Of a stretch of 64,000 bases of DNA, positions 29,111 through 38,087 are shown one piece after another. The stretch is taken from positions 50,967-114,966 of the forward strand of contig JAMDCK010000019.1 in assembly GCA_023488435.1 (NCBI GenBank), read 5' to 3'. The translations under genes were made by a program, and so were the position numbers. Below the pieces are notes generated by a model. The model had not been told where the DNA came from. It did no database searches and saw nothing but the letters and a program-made list of their open reading frames with translations. Source of the stretch: Actinomycetota bacterium (GTDB lineage: Bacteria > Actinomycetota > Coriobacteriia > Anaerosomatales > UBA912). How positions within the stretch are numbered: position 1 is the stretch's first letter; the number at the start of each line of letters is the position of its first letter.

Positions 29111-31137
29111 GCGCTCTTTCCTCCTCCAACTTTGGTAAACGGACTGTACGGTTGCTTTCCTGTCTCGTAAAACGTGCCGAAGAACTCCAGCAAGTTTAGA
29201 CGCAAGGCATGGATCAAAGGGACGAATGCGGCAATCACTATCTTCAGTGAGTGCAATATCACCCCAAGTATGATTGCGGCCACCGGATGGCCCATCGCCA
29301 TCATCAACTCATTGACAGCATTGGCGAACATTGCGCCGCCCAAGCCAACGGCCATGATCCTTATGTAGCTGGCCATGTGTGAGACCGCTAGAAGGACTTC
29401 GACCGCACCCATCAATCCGCCGCCACGCACGGCGTAATACGCGCCGCCCAGAGATATGAGGCCGATTGCGACTTGTAGCCACATCTGCCCAGTTTCACCG
29501 ACGGTGTCGGAAATAATCGTAAGTTGGCTGATCAGCACAATCACGAGCACCCCTAAAAAGGTGACGAGCAGTCCTCCCTTTTCGTACAAGTGCTTCTTGT
29601 GCTTGGTCTTGACTGCATTGATGACTCCGAGAGTGAATCCGAGCAGTATGTGAACCACCCCAGCAAGCACTGCCATCCACATGTAGGCAACAATGTGTTC
29701 CGGGCGATAGAAGACCGGCACCATCCCGAACCAGTAAAATATCTTTTGCCCAGTCTCCGCATACAGTTGTGCGTCATACGTGAGCCATCCCAGGAGCTTA
29801 GGTACATTCCCGAAACCCTCTCCGTACGCAAGCCCGAACGCGATACTCATAGTTGCGGCTGGGCCCAAGATGGCCGTAGCGACCTGCACCAGTTCGATTT
29901 CACGGAACTTGAATCTCAGCCATATGACAACGGCAAGGATTATTGATCCGTATCCGAAATCGCCGACTATCATCCCGTAGAATAAGGGGAAGAAAATGAA
30001 CAAGAGCCATGTCGGATCCACAGTTCCGTACTTCGGAACACCTCTCACGTTCATCAGCGTGGAGTACGGCGCAACCCGATCCGGATTCTTAAGCGATACT
30101 GGGGTCTCTTCATACATGTCCTCTTTGATCTCAGTTGTTGAGACGATGACCTCGAGCCCCCATCGGCTCACTATCGTCCGTCTGAGTTCCTCGAAGTCAG
30201 CCACGGGAACCCAACCGCTAATCACAAATGTATACTCGGTACATCCGAACTTCGGGATGACCCCGACCTCGTCAATCTTATCGATGAGGACGTCCCGTAT
30301 GGCAAGAAGCCTCAGTTCCCACTCGATCGACATCTCCGCAAGCTCATCAATGATTTTCTGAAGCTCCGCAGGGAGCTCCTTTCGCTTGGCCCTCAGCTCT
30401 TCATACGCGACATCGAAGGGAACGTCTTGGAACTCACTAGGTAGTCGAATCTGATTGACGTTCTCCACGGCAAGAAACTTGTGGACCGGCTCAGAAAAGG
30501 TTCTGCTGAAAACTACAATCGCAGCTGTGGTGTCCTGATCGACGTCAGTAGAGACAATCTCGCATTGCTTATTTGTGATTTTGTCCAACTCATCTTTGAG
30601 CTGCTCTAGTGCGCCTTTGTACCGACTCTCAATCAGCAGCGCCACCGACTCGTATGCCCCGGTGGTAACAATCTGCTTGGCTAAGGGCTGGATCTTCTCG
30701 AGTATTGGTTCATAGCGAGCCAACTGGGCGATCTCGCTTTCGATAGCCGCCTGATCGGCGGCCAACGTCGCGGTCCGCTCTTCCACTTCTCCAACAACAT
30801 CAGCTATTTCCTGTGCGAGTTGCGCCGTATTGAGGCAGTAGAGGCGATCGTACTCGCGCAGTCGGGCTTCCTGGTCCATGGGAGCTTTTTCTTTGTGAAG
30901 AACCCCGAGTATCGCGCGAACCCGAATCAGAAGTTCATCCATTTGGTCTTGATCGACCCTTTGGTCCTTGACGATCTCCATGCTTTCGAGCGGCACATCC
31001 CCCGATTGAATCTTTGCGGACAGATCTTCGATATGAAGAGAGCCGTCCTCGTGCAGCATGCTGATGACTTCCTGGAAGAGATTCTTGGGGCCGATGATCT
31101 CGACTTTAGTCATTGGGACTAACATTTCACAACACAC
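29107..31137 (-). CDS. atpI: V/A-type ATP synthase subunit I (a-subunit, stator/proton channel)
   Basis: 676 aa. N-terminal cytoplasmic coiled-coil half and a polytopic C-terminal half with the conserved ASYIRIMAVGL Arg helix. The start may be MLVPMTKVEIIG. Confidence 0.9.
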   Translation of the reverse strand: MCCEMLVPMTKVEIIGPKNLFQEVISMLHEDGSLHIEDLSAKIQSGDVPLESMEIVKDQRVDQDQMDELLIRVRAILGVLHKEKAPMDQEARLREYDRLYCLNTAQLAQEIADVVGEVEERTATLAADQAAIESEIAQLARYEPILEKIQPLAKQIVTTGAYESVALLIESRYKGALEQLKDELDKITNKQCEIVSTDVDQDTTAAIVVFSRTFSEPVHKFLAVENVNQIRLPSEFQDVPFDVAYEELRAKRKELPAELQKIIDELAEMSIEWELRLLAIRDVLIDKIDEVGVIPKFGCTEYTFVISGWVPVADFEELRRTIVSRWGLEVIVSTTEIKEDMYEETPVSLKNPDRVAPYSTLMNVRGVPKYGTVDPTWLLFIFFPLFYGMIVGDFGYGSIILAVVIWLRFKFREIELVQVATAILGPAATMSIAFGLAYGEGFGNVPKLLGWLTYDAQLYAETGQKIFYWFGMVPVFYRPEHIVAYMWMAVLAGVVHILLGFTLGVINAVKTKHKKHLYEKGGLLVTFLGVLVIVLISQLTIISDTVGETGQMWLQVAIGLISLGGAYYAVRGGGLMGAVEVLLAVSHMASYIRIMAVGLGGAMFANAVNELMMAMGHPVAAIILGVILHSLKIVIAAFVPLIHALRLNLLEFFGTFYETGKQPYSPFTKVGGGKSA

Positions 31138-31167
31138 CTCCCGCAGATGGATCTAGCGTACTACCGT

Positions 31168-31536
31168 CTAAACCCTAGTCACCACACCGATTACAAACTC
31201 GACTGCCTCATCTTCGCGACTTGATGCCCTGGAGCAAAGAGCCTCCACCTCGGCCTCGGACTCTAAAGCGATCCGTTCCAGCTGGAGATTCAAGTTACTC
31301 AGGCAGGATTTCTTCTCCCCCTCGGCTAGATCCCAACCCTCGGCTTCGGCCTCTCTTTTGACCTCCACCGCCTTTTTCCGAGCTTCTGCGACGATCTCCT
31401 CGGCTTGCTGTCTGGTCGCAAGAACCCGCCCGGTTATCTCAAGTTCCTTCTCCTTGATGAGGTACAGAGGGGAGTTCAAGTCCATCTCCCGCTTACCCGA
31501 GGTGAGATTGGCTCCTGCAATCACATCGTCGCCCAC
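31168..31536 (-). CDS. V/A-type ATP synthase subunit G-like (peripheral stalk); start uncertain (alternative ATG 31485)
   Basis: Short, charged coiled-coil protein (QQAEEIVAEARKKAVEVKREAEAEG). It is the first gene of the operon, as atpG is in the Thermus atpGILECFABD order. Confidence 0.6.
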   Translation of the reverse strand: MGDDVIAGANLTSGKREMDLNSPLYLIKEKELEITGRVLATRQQAEEIVAEARKKAVEVKREAEAEGWDLAEGEKKSCLSNLNLQLERIALESEAEVEALCSRASSREDEAVEFVIGVVTRV

Positions 31537-31679
31537 GCCGCATGCCCCCGTCCTGGTTCGAGTCCGGCCAATGCATCAAGCATCCATACTCTGACCGCTT
31601 CAGAGGTATTGTTCGACGCAGGGAATCGGGTTCCTACCAGAATTTTCCAAGAACCGCCCCCGCGACCCGAGAAGTCGTG

Positions 31680-32795
31680 TTACGCGGTGCGCCGAGGCAG
31701 CCGCATCCCGAAAGCGCAGGCCAGCTCGTAGTTGATGGTCCCCGCAGCTTGAGCCAACTCATCGATCTCGATTCGCTCGGCGCCCTGACTTCCGACAAGT
31801 ACCGCTTCGTCGCCGACTTTCGCGCTGTTTCCCCTGGGCAGGACGACCATGAGTTGGTCCATGCACACTCGCCCGACCTGCTGACATCGCTTTCCGCCGA
31901 TCAGCACCTCCATGGTGTTGGAGGCTGCCCGGTGCACTCCATCGGCATACCCCAAAGGTAGCGTCACCAGATCGGATGGCTCGGCTGCGCGCCAAGTCAG
32001 GCCATAGCTGACCCCGTCCCCGATGTTGATGCGCTTCTTCAGCGTGATCCGCGCCTTGACCGACATGGCCGGAGTGAGGTTGACGACCTCCCTGGTGGCC
32101 TCGCAAGGATGCAACCCGTACATCGCAAGCCCGCATCGGACCATCGAAAGATGGGTCCTCGGGCTCAAGATGGCAGCGGGGCTGTTCGCTGCATGAACGA
32201 TCCCAGGGTCCACTCCTTCGCTGCGGATGCCAGCGACAGCCTCTTCGAATCTATCGACCTGCAGCCCGAAATCCCAGTCCCCGGGCACGTCGGCGGTGGC
32301 GAAGTGCGTAAACACGCCCTCGATACTCAAGCCAGGCAGGTCCGCCATCTCCCGAGCGAACAGCGGGGCCTCATCGTGTCTGATGCCAATGCGATTCATC
32401 CCTGTATCGACCTTCAGGTGACACAGTGCCTCGACCCCCCTGGCACCCGCAATCCTCGCCAGACTCGAGGCGAACTCGAAAGTCGTGACTGCGGGGATGA
32501 TCGCGTGCTCGAGTAGCTCATGGATCGCAGATATCGGCGGCTGGCCCAGCAACTGGATGGGCGCACGGACGCCGCCTGCCCTGAGGGCGATGGCCTCCTC
32601 GGCAGTGGCCACGCCTATGCGGTTGGCGCCTGCCGAAAGGGCGGTCCTCGCTACCGCCTCGGCTCCGTGTCCGTACGCGTCGGCTTTCACGACCGCCATG
32701 AACCCGACGCCGGGCGCCAGCAGGGCTCTAAGTGCCCTGACGTTCCGAGAGATCGCCGAAAGGTCGACCTCTACCCAGGCGTCGCGCAGATGCAT
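31680..32795 (-). CDS. alr: Alanine racemase
   Basis: AWVEVDLSAISRNVRAL, AVVKADAYGHG (PLP lysine), YGLTW. The ATG at 32795 lies just downstream of the CBS gene stop. The track start at 32852 is over-extended. Confidence 0.93.
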   Translation of the reverse strand: MHLRDAWVEVDLSAISRNVRALRALLAPGVGFMAVVKADAYGHGAEAVARTALSAGANRIGVATAEEAIALRAGGVRAPIQLLGQPPISAIHELLEHAIIPAVTTFEFASSLARIAGARGVEALCHLKVDTGMNRIGIRHDEAPLFAREMADLPGLSIEGVFTHFATADVPGDWDFGLQVDRFEEAVAGIRSEGVDPGIVHAANSPAAILSPRTHLSMVRCGLAMYGLHPCEATREVVNLTPAMSVKARITLKKRINIGDGVSYGLTWRAAEPSDLVTLPLGYADGVHRAASNTMEVLIGGKRCQQVGRVCMDQLMVVLPRGNSAKVGDEAVLVGSQGAERIEIDELAQAAGTINYELACAFGMRLPRRTA

Positions 32796-32802
32796 CGGAG
32801 GG

Positions 32803-33264
32803 TCACTCCTGGTCCAGCAGCGACCGAACAATGTCGGACTTGCTGACGACACCGATGAGTGTCTCGCCGTCCATGACCGGCAGTCGACTCACGTCCTTTT
32901 CGACCAGCAGGGTGGCAGCGTCCTCAAGCGTGGCGCTGGCCTGCACTGTGACGGGATCCGCCGTCATCACGGTGCGCACGTCGGCAGCGACCGCCTTCTT
33001 GAGCTCGCTTTCGAAGCGCGCCGTTGCCCCGGGGTACATGATGAACCCGTCGAGCAGGTGCAAGTAGGTGGGGAACTCGAGTTTGACGTCTTGCATGATC
33101 AAGTCGCCCTCGGTCACTATGCCGACCAGCTTACCGTTCTCGATCACCGGCAGCGAGCCGATCTTATTATCCACCATCAGCCTGGCCGCCTCGGTCACCG
33201 AGGACTCCGGTCCGACCGTCATAGGATCCGCCGACATGACATCCTTCACTGTGCGTTCTGACAT
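32803..33264 (-). CDS. CBS-pair domain protein
   Basis: 153 aa with two CBS repeats (VKDVMSADPMTV...LPVIENGKLVGIVTEGDL; VRTVMTADPVTV...LPVMDGETLIGVVSKSDI). Confidence 0.85.
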   Translation of the reverse strand: MSERTVKDVMSADPMTVGPESSVTEAARLMVDNKIGSLPVIENGKLVGIVTEGDLIMQDVKLEFPTYLHLLDGFIMYPGATARFESELKKAVAADVRTVMTADPVTVQASATLEDAATLLVEKDVSRLPVMDGETLIGVVSKSDIVRSLLDQE

Positions 33265-33328
33265 CCGTCACTTCCTTTCGCCACCAATCCCTCATCCCAT
33301 TCTATGTCAGCGCGCCTTCATCTGCCCC

Positions 33329-34861
33329 TTATTCGCCGAGAAGATACCGGAAAGCTTCCGGTAAGAAGTCGGGGATATCCTCGGCGATGACGCACCTGTT
33401 GGTCATCGCAGCAGCAGCACGCTCGGCAGCGAAGCCGTGTACGAAGGCCCCCAGGGCGGCGGCATTCATCGGCGACAGGCCCTGTGCTAGGAAGGTCCCG
33501 ATGATGCCCGCGAGGACATCACCCGTGCCCGCTGTGGCCAGCTCGACGCCTCCTGGGAGGTTGAGCGCCAGCCTGCCCTCGCCGGCGATCAGGGTTCTCG
33601 CGCCCTTGAACGCGCAGCATAAGTGCGGTCCCGCAAGCCGCGTCGCGTAACGCACTCGGTCCGACTGCACCTCCTCGGACGTGACGCCGACAAGGCGCGC
33701 AAGCTCGCCGGCGTGCGGGGTGATGATCGTGGGAGCCTGTCGGTTCAAAAACAGGTGGAGCTGCCCAACTATGGCGTTGATGCCGTCGGCGTCGAGGACC
33801 ACCGGTGCATCCAGGGTCTCGATCAGCTGCCGGACCAACGCCTCGGCCCCTGGCTCACGGGTCATCCCCGGGCCCATCACCACGGCGTCGAAGTCGAGAG
33901 CCATGCCCGCGATCGCAATCGACGCACCTGCCGAGAAAACCTGTGGAGCTTCCTCCTCGGCAGGCATGACGACCACCGAGGGCAGACGGCCCTGGGCGAT
34001 GGGAGCGATCGAACGCGGGACGACCAGCGAGACGTAGCCGGCACCGCTTCTTTGGGCTCCCATCGCCGTGAGTATCGCCGCGCCCGCATAAGCGCCCGAA
34101 CCGGCGACGATCAGGACCCGGCCGCGGCTCTTCTTGTGAGTGGTCGGCCCAAACTTTGGCAGCAGGGTGCGGTACTCCTCCCGATCCCACAGCTCGAGTC
34201 CGCCGAGCGAGCGACTCTCAAGTCCCGACACGCCGATGTCGCGAACCGCCACCTCCCCGCTCAAGTCGGCGCCGGGATAGAGCATCGATCCGACCTTCGG
34301 CGCGATCAGAGCGACAGTGACCGCAGCGTTAACCGCCGGAGTGCTCACCTGTCCGGTGTCGGCGTCGAGACCCGATACGATGTCGACCGAGATCACGAGG
34401 GCGTCATGGCTGTTGATCGCCACGATCCACGAGTCATAGGGGGGCGCGACAGGTCGAGTGCGGAACCCAATACCGAAGATCGCATCGATGACCACTGTAC
34501 GGCCGTCGAGGATGCCTTCTGGGAGTCTATCGGGGGCGACTATCCATGGCACTCCGCTTTCGACCGCTGCAAGTGCCGCATCCCCAGCGATCCCTCCGAC
34601 GCGGCCGGGCTCGCTCGCCGTGACGACCACGACCTCCCGTCCTGCTTCGTGGAGAAGCCGGGATGCGACCCAACCATCCCCGCCGTTGTTGCCCGCACCG
34701 CAGAACACCACAACCGACCCTGCTGCTGCCCGAGCCAGAACCTCGGCGACCACTGCCTGGCCCGCCCGTTCCATCAGCTCGGCGAGTCCGATTCCCAGCG
34801 ACTCAACCGCCAACTGCTCAGCGGCTATGACTCCCTGGCGTGTCAGCGCGAGACGCAACAA
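33329..34861 (-). CDS. nnr: Bifunctional NAD(P)H-hydrate repair enzyme Nnr (epimerase plus ADP-dependent dehydratase)
   Basis: YjeF-N domain (GAGNNGGDG). C-terminal carbohydrate-kinase domain (HKKSRGRVLIVAGS, TPHAGE, GTGDVLAG). Confidence 0.9.
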   Translation of the reverse strand: MLRLALTRQGVIAAEQLAVESLGIGLAELMERAGQAVVAEVLARAAAGSVVVFCGAGNNGGDGWVASRLLHEAGREVVVVTASEPGRVGGIAGDAALAAVESGVPWIVAPDRLPEGILDGRTVVIDAIFGIGFRTRPVAPPYDSWIVAINSHDALVISVDIVSGLDADTGQVSTPAVNAAVTVALIAPKVGSMLYPGADLSGEVAVRDIGVSGLESRSLGGLELWDREEYRTLLPKFGPTTHKKSRGRVLIVAGSGAYAGAAILTAMGAQRSGAGYVSLVVPRSIAPIAQGRLPSVVVMPAEEEAPQVFSAGASIAIAGMALDFDAVVMGPGMTREPGAEALVRQLIETLDAPVVLDADGINAIVGQLHLFLNRQAPTIITPHAGELARLVGVTSEEVQSDRVRYATRLAGPHLCCAFKGARTLIAGEGRLALNLPGGVELATAGTGDVLAGIIGTFLAQGLSPMNAAALGAFVHGFAAERAAAAMTNRCVIAEDIPDFLPEAFRYLLGE

Positions 34862-34888
34862 CCGTCCTCTCCACTATGGAGTCGCGAC

Positions 34889-35479
34889 CTAACGTTCAGG
34901 CCCAGACTCCTCCAGCGCTCCCTCTACCGTTGTTTCTTCCCCTTCGCCACCCTGCTGCAACTCATCGAGCAGACTTCTGGCATCCTTGAAGGAGGCAGCG
35001 AATCGAGCTTCGGCGCTCTCGGGCTCGGCCGGAGGCCTGGGGCGGTTCGCAGCCGTGATCGCAACTGCCGAGGCAACCGCAGTCTGGTGCGTGAACGACA
35101 GCGATAGGTGAAGCTCCACCACTCCGGCCTGCTCGGCCACTTCGGCAGCTCTGCCGTGCAGGACTGGCCGAGGGCGCCCGCCGCCGTCCCTGAGGACCTC
35201 GACGTCAACGAAGCGCATGCCGGAAAACCCGGTACCGATCGCCTTGAGGACTGCCTCCTTGGCGGCGAATCGCATCGCGTAGTGCACCTCCGGGCGGTTG
35301 CGCTTCTCACAATAGTCGCGCTCCTGCTGAGAGAATATGCGGGTCTTCATCTTAGGGTGACGCTGGAGCGCGAGCCGCATGCGCTCGATCTCCACAATGT
35401 CGACGCCCAGGCCACGGATCACCGAATCGCTGCGGGCTATCGCCTCGCTGCAAACTTGAGGGCTGTCATCCATCGTCAC
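34889..35479 (-). CDS. acpS: Holo-[acyl-carrier-protein] synthase AcpS with an extended acidic C-terminal tail
   Basis: GLGVDIVEIERM, FAAKEAVLKA, LSLSFTH. About 60 extra C-terminal residues follow the core. The ATG at 35479 overlaps the glmS stop. A later GTG (VIRGLGVD) is possible. Confidence 0.8.
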   Translation of the reverse strand: MTMDDSPQVCSEAIARSDSVIRGLGVDIVEIERMRLALQRHPKMKTRIFSQQERDYCEKRNRPEVHYAMRFAAKEAVLKAIGTGFSGMRFVDVEVLRDGGGRPRPVLHGRAAEVAEQAGVVELHLSLSFTHQTAVASAVAITAANRPRPPAEPESAEARFAASFKDARSLLDELQQGGEGEETTVEGALEESGPER

Positions 35480-37299
35480 TCGACCGTGACGGACTTGGCG
35501 AGGTTACGGGGCTGATCGACATCGCACCCACGCAGCTTGGCGATTCTGTACGACAGCAGCTGCAAAGGAATCGTCGCCGGAATCGCCGAAAGAGCCTCAG
35601 ACGTCGCCGGAACCTTTAGAACATGCTCAGCATGGTGCGCAATCTGGTTGTCCCCATGGGTCGCAACCACGATGACGTCGGCGCCTCTGGCCCTGACCTC
35701 CTCGATGTTGCTGACGACCTTCTCGTAAGTCTCGCTCTGGGTAGCCACCACGACCACCGGTAGCTCTTTGCAGATCAGCGCGATCGGGCCGTGCTTCATC
35801 TCGCCGGCAGCATACGCTTCGGCATGTATGTAGCTGATCTCCTTGAGCTTGAGCGCACCCTCCATGGCCACTGCGACACCGACTCCCCTTCCCAGGAACA
35901 GCGCTGAGTTGACGTCGGTGTAGGACGCCGCGCACTCTTCGACTTCGTCGGCATCGGCTAAGATCGCCTCGACGATCTCCGGCATGTTGGAGAGCTCTGC
36001 CCACAGAGACTCTACGCGCTCCTGGGGCAAAGAGCCTTTGACCTGCGCGAGCTTTAGGGCCAGGACTGTCAGTGCTGCAATCTGAGCCGTGAACGTCTTT
36101 GTCGCTGCGACTCCGATCTCGGGACCGGCGTGGGTGTAGAGGATTCCGTCGGCTTCGCGCGTGATCCGTGAGCCCACGACGTTTGTGATGGCGATGACCT
36201 TCGCGCCCCTTTCGCGAGCCTCGCGCACTCCCGCCAGTGTATCCGCGGTCTCGCCGGACTGGGTGATCGCCACGACGAGTGTCTGATCATCCACGATTGG
36301 GTCGCCATATCGGAACTCGCTGGAGACCTGCACTTCGACGGAGATGCGCGCCCACTTCTCAATGAGCGATTTTGCTACCATCCCGGCGTGATAGCTGGTG
36401 CCGCAAGCAAGGATGACTATTCTGTCGATAGCGACGATCTGCTCGACGGTCATGTTCAGCTCCGAGAGCTGGATCTGGCCATCGCGCATGCGCCCACTGA
36501 GTGTCGCGCGTATCGCTTTCGGTTGCTCGTATATCTCCTTGAGCATGAAATCCTCGAAGCCGCCCTTCTCGGCAGCCTCCAGATCCCACTCCACATGCAG
36601 CATCTCGGGCTCGACGATCTTCCCATCAGCGTCTGTCACGACGACCGCATCCCTAGTCACCGTGGCTACCTGCCCGTCGGCTAGCGCCACAACGTCGCGA
36701 GTGTATGCGAGCAGGACGCAGATATCGCTTGCCACGATGTTCTCGTCCTCGCCCAAGCCGATGACAAGCGGCGAGTCTTTTCGGGCGGCAACGATGGTAT
36801 CCGGCGAGTCTAGGTGCACGACTCCGAGAGCATATGCGCCATGCAGGCGCGCGATTGCCCTGCGGACCGCCCTAGCCAGATCGCCATCGAAGTATGCCTC
36901 AACCAGATGAGCGACGACCTCTGTGTCGGTCTCGCTTCGGATGATGTGCCCGTTCTGAGCGAGCTCCTCCCGAAGCTCGAGATAGTTCTCGATGATCCCG
37001 TTGTGCACCACAGCGATACGTCCGGTGCAATCCACGTGGGGATGAGCGTTCTCCTCGCTGGGCTTTCCGTGAGTCGCCCATCGCGTGTGCCCAATGCCGA
37101 TGTGCCCTCCCACCGGCCTCTCATCGAGTGCGTCCTTCAAGTTGACAAGCTTGCCGACCCTTCGGACGACATCGATCGAACCGTTTTCCATCACGGCGAC
37201 TCCCGCCGAGTCATACCCGCGATACTCCAGTCGAGCCAACCCGCCGAGAAGGACCTCCGTGGCCGACTTCGTCCCTGTATAGCCTACGATTCCGCACAT
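35476..37299 (-). CDS. glmS: Glutamine--fructose-6-phosphate aminotransferase
   Basis: MCGIVGY (Ntn Cys), two SIS domains, C-terminal NLAKSVTVE. Confidence 0.98.
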   Translation of the reverse strand: MCGIVGYTGTKSATEVLLGGLARLEYRGYDSAGVAVMENGSIDVVRRVGKLVNLKDALDERPVGGHIGIGHTRWATHGKPSEENAHPHVDCTGRIAVVHNGIIENYLELREELAQNGHIIRSETDTEVVAHLVEAYFDGDLARAVRRAIARLHGAYALGVVHLDSPDTIVAARKDSPLVIGLGEDENIVASDICVLLAYTRDVVALADGQVATVTRDAVVVTDADGKIVEPEMLHVEWDLEAAEKGGFEDFMLKEIYEQPKAIRATLSGRMRDGQIQLSELNMTVEQIVAIDRIVILACGTSYHAGMVAKSLIEKWARISVEVQVSSEFRYGDPIVDDQTLVVAITQSGETADTLAGVREARERGAKVIAITNVVGSRITREADGILYTHAGPEIGVAATKTFTAQIAALTVLALKLAQVKGSLPQERVESLWAELSNMPEIVEAILADADEVEECAASYTDVNSALFLGRGVGVAVAMEGALKLKEISYIHAEAYAAGEMKHGPIALICKELPVVVVATQSETYEKVVSNIEEVRARGADVIVVATHGDNQIAHHAEHVLKVPATSEALSAIPATIPLQLLSYRIAKLRGCDVDQPRNLAKSVTVE

Positions 37300-37399
37300 G
37301 ATATGTATTTCACCTTTCAGTTGAACGATCAGCTACTTGACGCGAAGCAGTGATCAAGTGATTCGACAAACAGGGCGGCACGAACCAGGCCGCCGTGCT

Positions 37400-37549
37400 G
37401 CTCATGATTTCCGGATCGCCCACGCATTGTCTCTGCGGTCACCCGCAGCCTTTGTCGGTGACGTATCGACCCCGGTAGGCCGGAGAGCCATCCGCCGATT
37501 GATCGATAAGCTCTCTCCTCGTCGACTGGGAAAGCCAGTCCAGGCGCTT
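37400..37549 (-). ncRNA. glmS ribozyme (GlcN6P-dependent self-cleaving cis-regulatory RNA)
   Basis: The minus strand reads A-GCGCCTGGACTGGC...GACGAGGAGAGAGCTTATCGATCAATCGGCGGATGGCTCTCCGGC...GGGTGACC...GAAATCATGA. The Bacillus/Thermoanaerobacter core is AGCGCCAGAACUGGC...GACGAGGAUGGAGGUUAUCGAAUUUUCGGCGGAUGCCUCCCGGC...GGGUGAC...AAAUCACAUGA. It lies about 100 nt upstream of the glmS ATG. The ends are approximate. Confidence 0.85.
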
Positions 37550-37622
37550 CGTTCTATCCAAGTCCTACCGCATAGGCACTCCCTTCAGTGACGAGAATTG
37601 TGCAATGTATACGAGCCTTTGC

Positions 37623-37631
37623 ATTATAGCA
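37623..37631 (-). promoter_or_regulatory. Candidate extended -10 promoter element for the glmS leader
   Basis: The minus strand reads TGCTATAAT (TGnTATAAT). Lies about 70 nt upstream of the ribozyme cleavage site. There is no good -35 element. Confidence 0.35.
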
Positions 37632-37808
37632 ACGTCGCGCCTATCTAGCACGCTAGCGATAGTACTCGCACAATGATATGGACCTGTGCTATTATTCTGT
37701 GCTGTTGGGTCATGAAGGCCCAAGAGGATCGCGACGTGGATGACCGCCAATTCGCGGAACCAGCGCGTCGCTTTGTTTTTGCCCCGCGGGGCGGAAGGAT
37801 GGATCAGC

Positions 37809-38012
37809 ATGGCAGATGGTACGGTTAAGTGGTTTAACGCAGAAAAGGGTTACGGTTTCATCGAGCGCGAGGGTGGAGACGACCTTTTCGTGCACTTCTC
37901 AGAGATCCAGGTCGAGGGATTCAAGACCCTCGAGGAGGGTCAGGCTGTATCTTTCGAGGAGGCCACAGGCCGAAACGGTAAGCCGCAGGCCACAAAGGTA
38001 TACCCCCGTTAG
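37809..38012 (+). CDS. cspA: Cold-shock protein (CspA family)
   Basis: [33 protein letters not shown] (RNP1/RNP2 motifs). 67 aa. The track start at 37740 is over-extended. Confidence 0.95.
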   Translation: MADGTVKWFNAEKGYGFIEREGGDDLFVHFSEIQVEGFKTLEEGQAVSFEEATGRNGKPQATKVYPR

Positions 38013-38048
38013 ACCGGAGTCTCAGGTCTAAGCAGGATCACCTACAAT

Positions 38049-38082
38049 CGAGAGGCGCTCCGGTTACCCGAAGCGCCTCTCG
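38049..38082. terminator. Hairpin between convergent cspA and glmM (candidate bidirectional terminator)
   Basis: CGAGAGGCGCT, a 12-nt loop, then AGCGCCTCTCG. Lies between the stops at 38012 and 38088. Confidence 0.55.
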
Positions 38083-38087
38083 ACCGT

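Noticed and set aside
31540-31580. A tRNA-like T-arm sequence (CTGGTTCGAGTCCGG) upstream of the V-ATPase operon
   Set aside because: I could not find a matching acceptor stem, D-arm or anticodon arm in the flanking 80 nt. It is probably a chance match or a degraded fragment.
33623-35107. A 494-aa plus-strand ORF antisense to nnr and acpS
   Set aside because: The translation is R/D/H/P-rich nonsense. It fully overlaps two well-supported minus-strand genes and has no start context.
37565-37810. An 81-aa minus-strand ORF between the glmS leader and cspA
   Set aside because: It lies in the divergent promoter and 5' UTR region. That region holds the glmS promoter and the long cspA leader typical of cold-shock genes. 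The ORF has no Shine-Dalgarno sequence and no protein-like composition.
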